NCBI GenBank assembly: GCA_963706325.1 | Contig: CAVPLT010000008.1 | Span: forward strand, 1-39,146 | Length of the DNA stretch: 39,146 nucleotides | DNA from: an uncultured Nitrospiraceae bacterium | GTDB taxonomy: Bacteria; Nitrospirota; Nitrospiria; Nitrospirales; Nitrospiraceae | Direction: 5' to 3' | Shown here: piece after piece, positions 30,320 to 39,146 of the stretch | Position numbering within the stretch: position 1 is the first letter of the stretch | Layout: each line of letters starts with the position of its first letter | Program-made: the position numbers and the translations under genes | Notes under the pieces: generated by a model | The model's database searches: none | What the model was told of the DNA's origin: nothing | Seen by the model: only the letters and a program-made list of their open reading frames with translations

Positions 30320-31708
30320 ATGCAACGACCTCGACTGGTCATAGCCGGCACCCATAGCGGGGTCGGCAAAACCACCGTCACCCTGGCGGTCATGGCAGGG
30401 CTGAAGGGCAGGGGGCTCGTGGTTCAGCCCTTCAAGGCTGGGCCTGACTTTATCGATCCTGGCCATCACCAGATGGTGACCGGGCGATATTCCCGCAACT
30501 TGGATGGGTGGATGTTGGGAGAGACCGTCAACCGCGACACCTTTGCACGTGCCTCTGCGGACGCGGATGTTTCCATTATTGAAGGCATGATGGGACTCTT
30601 TGACGGCAGTTCGCCGGTGCATGAAAAAGGTAGCACGGCCGAATTGGCCAAGCACCTCAACGCGCCGGTCCTTCTGGTGATCGACGGAAGCGCCATGGCG
30701 AGATCGGCCGCCGCCATGGCGTTGGGTTATGCGAAGTTTGACTCCGACTTACGGGTTCGCGCCGTGCTCTTCAACCGAGTATCCAGTGAAGGGCATTACC
30801 GACTGTTGAGAGATGCCGTAGAAGCGGAGACGGATCTCACGGTTGTCGGATATCTACGGCCCGATGCAGAAGTGACTATTCCGGACCGGCACCTTGGTCT
30901 GCGGACCGCCATTGAACAAGGCCAGACCGATCTGTATGCGCGGCTGGGGCGAGCCGCCGCGGACACGATCGATCTTGAGCGTGTGGAAGCCTTGGCTCGA
31001 TCTGCGAATGATTTCGCGGATGACCTGCCGAGGCCTATCAGCGCGGGGCGGATGTCTTCGGTTCGCATCGGCGTGGCCTATGACGCGGCCTTTTGTTTTT
31101 ACTATCAAGATAATCTGGAGTTGCTTGAATCGGCAGGCGCGGAGATCGTAAGATTTTCACCCTTACGCGATGGCGACTTGCCGATAGCTGATCTATTGTA
31201 TTTCGGCGGAGGATACCCGGAACTCTACGGTGAAGCATTGGCCGGCAATAGGTCGATGCGCAAAGCTGTTAGACAATATGCCGAACGAGATGGTGCGATC
31301 TATGCCGAATGCGGCGGACTGATGTACCTGACGCAAGCGATCCGCGACAGTGACGGACGGCGGCATGAGATGGTAGGAGTGTTTCCGGCTGAAGCGGTCA
31401 TGCGGAACACCGGCATGACGTTGGGCTATCGATCGGTTCAGGTGACTCGTCCTTGTCTCCTGGGCGGAGCCGGCGCCTCCTTGCGTGGGCATGAATTCCA
31501 CTATTCTGTACTCGAACCGAAGGGCCAACTGCATTATGCCTGCACCCTGTCTGATGTTCAGGGCAAGCTGGTCGGAGAGGATGGATTAATGGTCGGAAAC
31601 ACGGTCGCGCTCTATAGCCATCTGCACTTCGCAAGTCGGCCTGAAGTTGTCACGACTCTAGTTGCCAATTCGCATGGATCACAAATCCCGCCTGCTCATC
31701 ATGAATGA
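30320..31708 (+). CDS. cbiA: Cobyrinate a,c-diamide synthase
   Basis: SGVGKTT, FKAGPDFIDP, IEGMMGLFDG, RHLGL, AFCFYY, GGGYPE, AECGG, GHEFHYS (CobB/CbiA). Confidence 0.95.
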   Translation: MQRPRLVIAGTHSGVGKTTVTLAVMAGLKGRGLVVQPFKAGPDFIDPGHHQMVTGRYSRNLDGWMLGETVNRDTFARASADADVSIIEGMMGLFDGSSPVHEKGSTAELAKHLNAPVLLVIDGSAMARSAAAMALGYAKFDSDLRVRAVLFNRVSSEGHYRLLRDAVEAETDLTVVGYLRPDAEVTIPDRHLGLRTAIEQGQTDLYARLGRAAADTIDLERVEALARSANDFADDLPRPISAGRMSSVRIGVAYDAAFCFYYQDNLELLESAGAEIVRFSPLRDGDLPIADLLYFGGGYPELYGEALAGNRSMRKAVRQYAERDGAIYAECGGLMYLTQAIRDSDGRRHEMVGVFPAEAVMRNTGMTLGYRSVQVTRPCLLGGAGASLRGHEFHYSVLEPKGQLHYACTLSDVQGKLVGEDGLMVGNTVALYSHLHFASRPEVVTTLVANSHGSQIPPAHHE

Positions 31709-31714
31709 TGTGAA

Positions 31715-32310
31715 ATGACGGATCAGCACGAACACCAAGCGAAGATGGAGCGGTTGAAAGCCTCGGTCGATCGACGGATCGAAGCGGCGCAGGAAGAAAA
31801 AGGTCTGTTGATTGTCTACACAGGCGCGGGAAAGGGAAAAACCACGGCGGCGCTCGGGATGGTCTTTCGCTGTCTCGGCCATGGCATGAAGGTGGCGGTC
31901 GTGCAGTTCATCAAGGGCGCGATCGATACGGCGGAAGAGCGAGTGCTCAAGTCCTTCGGCGACCGCGTGACGTTTCTTCGCATGGGAGAAGGCTACACCT
32001 GGGAAACGCAGGACCGTGCGCGCGACACGCAATTCGCCCGGAAGGCCTGGGAGAAGGTGTGTGAATTTTTGGATGATGCTTCCTATGCGATGCTCATTCT
32101 AGACGAGTTGAATATTGCACTGAACCAGGAATATCTCGATGTGAACGACGTCCTGCCCCGGTTGCAGGCGCGCCCTCCGATGCAGCATGTCGTGATTACC
32201 GGTCGAGGCGCCCCGACAGAGTTGCTCGAAGCCGCAGACCTGGTGACCGAGATGAAACAGGTCAAACATCCCTTTCGTAAAGGCATCAAAGCGCAGCCGG
32301 GGGTGGAGTT

Positions 32311-32314
<4 letters not shown>
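31715..32314 (+). CDS. cobO: Cob(I)yrinic acid a,c-diamide adenosyltransferase (CobO/BtuR type)
   Basis: TGAGKGKTTAALG, VQFIKG, ILDELN, VITGR, ADLVTEM..KHPF..GIKAQPGVEF. Confidence 0.95.
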
Positions 32315-32788
<474 letters not shown>

Positions 32789-32815
32789 AGTGAGGGGGAA
32801 GGGAAAAAAACGACG

Positions 32816-33412
32816 ATGCGAATCACCAAAGTCTATACGAGAACCGGCGACGCGGGCCAAACGAGGCTAGCCGGAGGGCAACAGGTGTGGAAAGATTGCC
32901 TGCGAGTTGAAGCCTATGGGACGGTCGATGAATTGAACGCGTCCATCGGCTTGGTGCGAGCGATGAATGCCGAAGCCGGTACCTTGTCAACCGCCTCTTC
33001 ACAACTTGAGGAAGACCTGCGCTGGGTTCAGAACAAACTCTTCGATGTCGGCAGCATTCTCGCCACGGCACCAGGCCAAACATTCAAGAACATGCCGACG
33101 GTGACGGCGGACGATGTGACGAGGCTTGAGCACATGATCGATCGCTGCCAGGAAGACCTGGAACCGCTCAAAGAATTCATTCTACCAGGCGGCGGCAAGG
33201 TCTCGGCGACGCTCCACCAAGCGAGAACGATTTGCCGTCGCGCCGAGCGGATCGGCATCCGGCTGGCGCGCGAGGAAACGGTCGCAGCCGAGCTCAACAC
33301 ATACCTTAATCGTCTGAGCGATGCGTTGTTCGTCTGGGCTCGATGGGTGGCGAAGACGCAGGGTGAACCTGAATTTCTGTGGCAACGCGAGTCCAGCGCG
33401 ACCGTCGACTGA
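32816..33412 (+). CDS. pduO: ATP:cob(I)alamin adenosyltransferase, PduO type
   Basis: KVYTRTGDAGQT, RVEAYGTVDELN, FILPGG, ARTICRRAER, YLNRLSDALF. Confidence 0.93.
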   Translation: MRITKVYTRTGDAGQTRLAGGQQVWKDCLRVEAYGTVDELNASIGLVRAMNAEAGTLSTASSQLEEDLRWVQNKLFDVGSILATAPGQTFKNMPTVTADDVTRLEHMIDRCQEDLEPLKEFILPGGGKVSATLHQARTICRRAERIGIRLAREETVAAELNTYLNRLSDALFVWARWVAKTQGEPEFLWQRESSATVD

Positions 33413-33416
33413 TGGC

Positions 33417-33953
33417 ATGAAAAAGACACCTAGTGGAAGATCGCGTCTCATTCTTGTCCTGGGCGGAGCCGCATCCGGTAAAAGCCAGGCGGCGCTTGAT
33501 AAAGCGGGGAAAGCCGGACCTAAGGCTTTTGTAGCGACGGGTCAGGCGCTGGATCGAGAGATGACGGCGCGAATCGCGCGGCATCGCGCAACGCGGTCAG
33601 CCGATTGGGCGACGGCAGAAGTCCCGCGTGAGCTGGCGGCTTGGTTTCGATCGGATGGCAAGGCCTATCGCACGATCGTCGTGGATTGCCTGACGCTCTG
33701 GTTGAGCAATGTAGGCGGGCGGCGCATCGCCAAGGTAGACATGACTCGCGAGGTGGCCGATGTGGTACAAACCATTCGCGCTACAGCGGCTAGGGTGGTG
33801 CTGGTCAGTAATGAATTGGGATTCGGGCTGGTGCCGGTGAGTCGTAGCGCGCGCGCCTTCCGCGATATGGCCGGACGTGTGAATCAGCAGATCGCCGAGG
33901 CGGCCGACGAAGTCTATTTTGTCGTCAGTGGCCAGTCGCTCAGATTGAAATAG
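33417..33953 (+). CDS. cobU: Adenosylcobinamide kinase / adenosylcobinamide-phosphate guanylyltransferase
   Basis: [51 protein letters not shown] 33417. Confidence 0.93.
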   Translation: MKKTPSGRSRLILVLGGAASGKSQAALDKAGKAGPKAFVATGQALDREMTARIARHRATRSADWATAEVPRELAAWFRSDGKAYRTIVVDCLTLWLSNVGGRRIAKVDMTREVADVVQTIRATAARVVLVSNELGFGLVPVSRSARAFRDMAGRVNQQIAEAADEVYFVVSGQSLRLK

Positions 33954-33955
33954 GG

Positions 33956-35023
33956 ATGGGGGAACACTTGATGACGCTCGACGAGGCCCTACGGCGTATT
34001 CAACCGGTGGATCGCGAGATCGCGACGGCGGTTCAAGCTCGCCTCGATCGGTTGACCAAACCCTTGGGGAGTCTTGGTCGGCTGGAAGAAACCGCCGTGC
34101 GATATGCCACGATCACGGGTGAGGTAAAGCCGAATGTGCCACGCGGGGTGGTGTTTACCTTCGCCGCCGATCACGGTGTGGCGACTGAAGGAGTGAGCGC
34201 CTACCCGCGAGAGGTCACGCCTCAAATGGTCCTGAATTTTCTTCGGGGTGGCGCCGGTGTGAACGTGCTCGCGCGCCATGTCGGTGTCGAGGTGCGCGTG
34301 GTAGATATCGGCGTGGCTTATGAATTTGGCCCCCTGCCGGGACTCATTCGGAAGAAAGTCATGATGGGGACGAGAAATCTGCTAGCAGAACCGGCAATGA
34401 ATCGTGAGCAGGCAACGGAGGCTCTGCAGGTCGGCATCGACCTAGCCGCCGAGGCCGCGCGCGATGGCATCGGCTTGATTGGAACCGGTGATATGGGCAT
34501 TGGTAATACCACCGCGAGTGCGGCGATCACCGCAGTGATGACCGGTCGCCCGGCGGCCGAGGTGACGGGCCGAGGGACCGGTATCGACGACGCGGTTCAT
34601 GCACACAAGGTGACGGTTATCCAGCAGGCGCTCGAACGGCATCGTCCAAATCGCGCGGACGCCCTTGATGTGCTGGCCAAGGTCGGCGGTTTGGAAATCG
34701 CCGGTCTCGCGGGACTCATACTTGGCGCCGCAACGGCACGGGTGCCGGTGGTGCTAGATGGATTCATCGCCGGCGCGGCCGCCTTAATCGCGGTGGGTTT
34801 ACAGCCGCGCTGTCGGGACTATGTGATTGCCTCGCATCGATCGGTGGAGCGGGGGCATCAGGCAATTTTGGATCATCTGGGCCTGAAGCCGCTCTTCGAT
34901 CTCGACCTCCGACTCGGTGAAGGGACGGGAGCCTGTCTCGGTATGAGCCTCGTGCAAGCGTCGATCAAGATTCTCACCGAGATGGCCACGTTCGATGAAG
35001 CGGGTGTGTCGCAACGTGACTGA
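33956..35023 (+). CDS. cobT: Nicotinate-nucleotide--dimethylbenzimidazole phosphoribosyltransferase
   Basis: [56 protein letters not shown]; start 33956 or 33971. Confidence 0.96.
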   Translation: MGEHLMTLDEALRRIQPVDREIATAVQARLDRLTKPLGSLGRLEETAVRYATITGEVKPNVPRGVVFTFAADHGVATEGVSAYPREVTPQMVLNFLRGGAGVNVLARHVGVEVRVVDIGVAYEFGPLPGLIRKKVMMGTRNLLAEPAMNREQATEALQVGIDLAAEAARDGIGLIGTGDMGIGNTTASAAITAVMTGRPAAEVTGRGTGIDDAVHAHKVTVIQQALERHRPNRADALDVLAKVGGLEIAGLAGLILGAATARVPVVLDGFIAGAAALIAVGLQPRCRDYVIASHRSVERGHQAILDHLGLKPLFDLDLRLGEGTGACLGMSLVQASIKILTEMATFDEAGVSQRD

Positions 35024-35789
35024 CCTCGCCGCCATGACTAGACCGTTTGTCTTCGCCTGGCATTTTCTGACGGCGATTCCGATAAGCCGACGCCATCATG
35101 ACCCGACGGCGAACGAATTGGCTTCGTCGATGGCGTGGTATTCCACGGTCGGCCTTATGATCGGCGGCCTGCTTGCGCTGGCTGATATCGGCCTGCGCTG
35201 GTTTCTGACGGACGAGGTCGTGAATGTGGTGCTGATCGTGCTGCTGGTGCTGCTCACACGCGGCTTGCATCAAGATGGATTGGCAGACACGCTGGATGGT
35301 TTGGCCGGTGGTCGCACGCCGGCGGACCGGTTGCCGATCATGCGCGATCCACGTATCGGCGCGATCGGGGCCACAGGATTGTGTTTGTCATTGTTGCTGC
35401 GGTATGCCGGATTGCTGGCCCTTCCCCAATCGTTGCGTCTTCCTGTCCTGGTCTGTATGCCGGCGCTGGGTCGCTGGGCCATGGCGGCCGTCGCCTGGTC
35501 TTCTCCTTATGCGCGGAGCGAAGGGGGACTAGCCGCATCCTTTCTCACCCACTTGTCCTTGCATCATGTGCTGCTGTCGGGCCTCGTGTTGGCTGTGGCG
35601 CTGGCTGTCGGATTGGGATTCCTCCCGGCGCTTGCGACCGTGGGCGCGGGATTGGCGCTCGTAGTTCTGGTGCGAACCGGTTGCCGGCAGTGGTTTGGCG
35701 GAGTCACGGGAGATCTGCTTGGCGCGACGAATGAATTGATCGAGATCCTCTTCTTACTGCTGGCGCCGGCATTGGTGATCGGACGATGA
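35016..35789 (+). CDS. cobS: Adenosylcobinamide-GDP ribazoletransferase (cobalamin synthase)
   Basis: [42 protein letters not shown]; start 35016 or 35034. Confidence 0.95.
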   Translation: MTDLAAMTRPFVFAWHFLTAIPISRRHHDPTANELASSMAWYSTVGLMIGGLLALADIGLRWFLTDEVVNVVLIVLLVLLTRGLHQDGLADTLDGLAGGRTPADRLPIMRDPRIGAIGATGLCLSLLLRYAGLLALPQSLRLPVLVCMPALGRWAMAAVAWSSPYARSEGGLAASFLTHLSLHHVLLSGLVLAVALAVGLGFLPALATVGAGLALVVLVRTGCRQWFGGVTGDLLGATNELIEILFLLLAPALVIGR

Positions 35790-36742
35790 CCGGCGTCGAC
35801 CTCCTTCTTGCGACGGCCTTGGATGCGGTGGTGGGCGATCCTCGCTGGCTTCCCCATCCGGTTCGAGGGATGGGAGCGGTCATTGCCTGGTATGACCACC
35901 GGATTCGAACTCTGTGTCGAACCGATGAGGCACTGCGAATTGCAGGGGGTGTTCTCGCAATGGGATTGCCGACGGCTGCGTATGCTACCGGGACCGTTGT
36001 GATTGCGGAGGCAGAATCATTCTCGCCGGTACTGGGTCATGCGGTCGGAATCGGATTGGCCTACACGACCCTCGCTGGTCGTGACCTATTGGATCATGTC
36101 CGAGTGGTCGGTCACGAATTGGCACAGGGAAATCTTTCCGGTGCGCGCGAGGCGGTGGCCAGGATCGTCGGGCGAGACAGCACCACGTTGGAAGAGCCTG
36201 AGATCGTGCGAGCGACCGTTGAAACCATCGCGGAGAGCACGTCAGATGGCATTATCGCGCCGCTCGTCTACCTGACCCTTGGCGGCGCGCCGCTGGCATT
36301 GGCCTATAAGGCTATCAATACGCTCGATTCGATGGTCGGCCACCGCAATGCTCGCTATGAATACTTCGGTTGGGCCTCCGCCCGGCTGGATGATGTGGCG
36401 AACTGGATTCCCGCCCGGCTGACCGGGACCTTCATCGCGATGGCGGCGGGCTTGGCAACCTGGCAATTGGAGAGGGTCCGAGCCAGTTGGTACATTCTGC
36501 ATCGAGACGGGGACAAACATCCTAGTCCGAACAGCGGGAGACCGGAGGCCGCGATGGCCGGTGCCCTGGGCGTGCAACTCGGCGGACGGAACTATTATGA
36601 CGGGGTTCCGCAGGATCGCCCGCTGATAGGCGATGGCACAAGGTGCTTGACCACCGAGCATATCGCCCAAGCCAGAGACATTACGGTGGTGGCCTGGGGG
36701 CTGGGTCTGTTCTTCGCCCTGCTTTCTCTGTGGCAATCATGA
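35786..36742 (+). CDS. cbiB: Adenosylcobinamide-phosphate synthase
   Basis: GDPRWLPHPV, IVGRD, ETIAESTSDGIIAP, YKAINTLDSMVG, ARLDD..NWIPARL, SPNSGRPEAAMAGALG. Confidence 0.95.
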   Translation: MTGVDLLLATALDAVVGDPRWLPHPVRGMGAVIAWYDHRIRTLCRTDEALRIAGGVLAMGLPTAAYATGTVVIAEAESFSPVLGHAVGIGLAYTTLAGRDLLDHVRVVGHELAQGNLSGAREAVARIVGRDSTTLEEPEIVRATVETIAESTSDGIIAPLVYLTLGGAPLALAYKAINTLDSMVGHRNARYEYFGWASARLDDVANWIPARLTGTFIAMAAGLATWQLERVRASWYILHRDGDKHPSPNSGRPEAAMAGALGVQLGGRNYYDGVPQDRPLIGDGTRCLTTEHIAQARDITVVAWGLGLFFALLSLWQS

Positions 36743-37848
36743 CGCCCATCGGTCATGGCGGCGACGTGTATGCTGCGGCTCGCGAACTGGGGCGAGGCGT
36801 TCAGCGCCTCTTAGATTTCAGCGCCAGTATCAATCCATTAGGACCTTCGCCTTCGGCGGTGCGAGCACTCACGGACGCCGGAAACTTGCTGCAGCATTAT
36901 CCCGATCCTGCCTGTTGGGATCTGCGTCATGCGCTCGCGGCATACTGGCGACACTCACCCGATGAATTTCTTATCGGAAACGGCTCGACCGAGTTGATTG
37001 ACTTGCTACCCAGGGCCTTGCAGATCCGGCACCTTTTGATAGTCGGTCCGGCGTTCTCAGAATATGCCGCCGCAATGAAGCGCTGCGGGGGCCACGTCAG
37101 CATGTTAATGGCGGATCGCGCCGAAGGCTATCGTCCGCCGCTTGAGCAAGTCTTTGCTCCTGCGCATGGGTTCCGGCGGACAGCGACTGATCGGCCTCCC
37201 ATCGAAGCCGTGCTCCTGTGCAATCCCAATAGTCCGACCGGGTACGCATGCGATGCCGCGGTGGTAAGAAGACTGGCGCGACAGGCAGGTCGTCGCCGGC
37301 TGTGGTTCATTGTCGATGAAACGTTCGCCGAATATTGCCATGAAGTGTCGATCCTGTCACAGGCTCTGCCCAAGCGCACGATCGTCCTGCGCAGCTTCAC
37401 GAAATTTTTTGGACTGCCGGGACTTCGCGTAGGGTACGTGGCGGCGAAGTCGCGCGTCATCGAACACATTGCGGCACACCAACCTCCTTGGTCTGTAAAT
37501 ATGCTGGCTCAACGAGCTGCTGAAGCCGCGTTGCGCGATGTGCGGCATGCGCGCCGAAGTCTTCGATTCATGGAGCGAGAGCGGGCGCGAATGATGAAAA
37601 CACTCGCCCGGTTACCGGGTTGTACCGTGTTCTCATCTGCGGCGAATTTTATTTTGATGGAATTGCCGGTATGGCAGAAGGTGGCAGAGGCGGTGGCGGT
37701 ACTTCGTCGTCAAGGCATCTTGATTCGCGATTGTTCGCAGGTGCCGGGGCTGAATGTTCGCTCCGTGCGAGTCGCAGTGCGAACGAGGATCGACAATGAT
37801 CGGCTCCTGGATGCTTTGGCCGCCATCATTCGTCATGGTGGCTTATGA
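36739..37848 (+). CDS. cobD: L-threonine-O-3-phosphate decarboxylase
   Basis: HGG, DFSASINPLG, GNGSTE, CNPNSPTG, VDETF, RSFTKFFGLPGLRVGY; ATGA overlap with cbiB. Confidence 0.92.
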   Translation: MTPIGHGGDVYAAARELGRGVQRLLDFSASINPLGPSPSAVRALTDAGNLLQHYPDPACWDLRHALAAYWRHSPDEFLIGNGSTELIDLLPRALQIRHLLIVGPAFSEYAAAMKRCGGHVSMLMADRAEGYRPPLEQVFAPAHGFRRTATDRPPIEAVLLCNPNSPTGYACDAAVVRRLARQAGRRRLWFIVDETFAEYCHEVSILSQALPKRTIVLRSFTKFFGLPGLRVGYVAAKSRVIEHIAAHQPPWSVNMLAQRAAEAALRDVRHARRSLRFMERERARMMKTLARLPGCTVFSSAANFILMELPVWQKVAEAVAVLRRQGILIRDCSQVPGLNVRSVRVAVRTRIDNDRLLDALAAIIRHGGL

Positions 37849-38588
37849 GACCACCTTTTTCCGATCGCTTCTCGACTCGCTATCACATCGCCAAAGGCAC
37901 GCTTATTGTCGATCTCCAAACTCGCATGCGCGTGCTATCCTCCGCTCCGAAAGGGGGAGGGCTTCGAACGACTCGCTACATTGTGAATCACCAGGTCTCT
38001 CCCAATCCTGGCCGGCAAGGGGTTACAAGGTCGAATCCTCCTCAGCCGCATTGGGGCGATCCGGCTCGGTATCTTCGACGCATTGCGATCGCTCTCGGAG
38101 TGGACGCTGACTGTGTCGGCCTCATGACGGCCGTTCCGATGAAACAGGTCGTGACCAGTCGTGACACGAATGATGGAATCTGGGTCGAGTGTTTTGCCAC
38201 AGTCGGTGTGACCAACGCCGTGCGGGCCGGTGAGCCACCGCGGCGCACACTAGAGGAGAAACATGATCGGACAACGGGCACGATCAATCTTATTGTGATT
38301 ACGAATGCCTGTCTGGCGGTTTCGGCCTTGATTGGTGCTGTTCAGGTGGCAACAGAAAGTAAGACCGGGGTGTTACGTGACCATACGGTTCCTAGCTGGA
38401 CTGGTCGGCCCGGTGCGACAGGAACGGGAACGGATGCCGTGGTCATTGCCTGTGCCCTGAGGGGCCAAGGGCCATGGCAACCCTATGCCGGCACCCATAC
38501 TGATATCGGGGCCATGATCGGACGGGTGACTGCCGACTGCCTTACTCAAGGCTTGGCGCGCGCGACGCAGTGGGCCTCGCAATCTTGA
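37845..38588 (+). CDS. cbiZ: Adenosylcobinamide amidohydrolase
   Basis: LSSAP.GGG, GLMTAV, ATVGVTNA, GTINLI, ATESK, ATGTGTDAV. Confidence 0.88.
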   Translation: MRPPFSDRFSTRYHIAKGTLIVDLQTRMRVLSSAPKGGGLRTTRYIVNHQVSPNPGRQGVTRSNPPQPHWGDPARYLRRIAIALGVDADCVGLMTAVPMKQVVTSRDTNDGIWVECFATVGVTNAVRAGEPPRRTLEEKHDRTTGTINLIVITNACLAVSALIGAVQVATESKTGVLRDHTVPSWTGRPGATGTGTDAVVIACALRGQGPWQPYAGTHTDIGAMIGRVTADCLTQGLARATQWASQS

Positions 38589-38609
38589 TCGTAACGTATC
38601 TGTACCGTC

Positions 38610-39146
38610 ATGCCACAACCCACGTCACATGCGGTTCGCGCCATGGCAATCGCCGTGCTGGGTACCGGCTCTGACGTTGGGAAGAGTCTGATCACTGCGG
38701 CTGTTTGCCGGCTCCTATGCCGAGCCGGTGTTCGAGTCGCTCCCTTCAAAGCGCAGAATATGTCCTTGAACTCATTCGTCACGCCTGAGGGCGGTGAGAT
38801 CGGGCGTGCACAAGCTCTCCAAGCCGAAGCCTGCGGGATTCCACCCCATGTGGACATGAATCCCATTTTACTGAAGCCGGAATCAAATTCCCGGTCGCAA
38901 GTGATTGTCCAAGGGCGAGTCCTGGCCACGCTGGACGCGCAAGCGTATTTTGCCCGTACTCACCATGCCGACTTGTCGCGCGCGGTTCGAGAGAGCTACG
39001 AACGGCTGGCGTCGCAGTATGAGGTCATCGTCATCGAAGGCGCAGGGAGCGCAGCTGAGGTCAACCTTCGAGATCGTGACCTCGTGAACTGGCCGGTCGT
39101 GGAAATGGCCGATGCTCACGTGGTGTTAGTAGGAGACATTGATCGC
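38610..39146 (+). CDS. cobQ: Cobyric acid synthase (5' part; runs off the window end)
   Basis: Not in the ORF track (no stop): IAVLGTGSDVGKSLITAAVCR, VAPFKAQNMSLNS, EIGRAQALQA, MNPILLKP, IEGAGSAAEVNL, LVGDIDR; start 38610 or 38643. Confidence 0.95.
   Translation, partial: MPQPTSHAVRAMAIAVLGTGSDVGKSLITAAVCRLLCRAGVRVAPFKAQNMSLNSFVTPEGGEIGRAQALQAEACGIPPHVDMNPILLKPESNSRSQVIVQGRVLATLDAQAYFARTHHADLSRAVRESYERLASQYEVIVIEGAGSAAEVNLRDRDLVNWPVVEMADAHVVLVGDIDR

Overview
Bacterial chromosomal window, probably Nitrospira-like (an inference from gene content and protein style, not verified). It has three parts. (1) ~0.1-23 kb: an exopolysaccharide / PEP-CTERM-exosortase locus with GT4 and GT2 glycosyltransferases, an AsnB-type amidotransferase, epimerase, methyltransferase, Wzy/O-antigen-ligase-like membrane protein, a secreted beta-helix-like protein, Gfo/Idh/MocA oxidoreductase, priming sugar transferase, exosortase, FemAB/GNAT protein, a miniature PEP-CTERM protein and two tandem BACON-polyPro-FN3 paralogues. 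Most of these genes are broken by small indels. (2) 23.3-24.5 kb: a lipoprotein, rpmB (L28) and a SemiSWEET. (3) 24.6-39.1 kb: an almost frameshift-free cobalamin uptake and salvage cluster (btuF-C-D, btuB, cbiA/cobB, cobO, CWC protein, internally deleted bluB, pduO-type adenosyltransferase, cobU, cobT, cobS, cbiB, cobD, cbiZ, cbiP/cobQ) under two cobalamin riboswitches. The best candidate for an undescribed system is a pair of degenerate GGDEF-like domains: one stand-alone with an intact RxxD I-site, one fused to the priming glycosyltransferase. This suggests c-di-GMP control of EPS initiation, and it sits beside an exosortase whose neighbouring substrate has only a ~28-residue two-cysteine passenger. 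All family calls come from reading motifs by eye; no searches were run.
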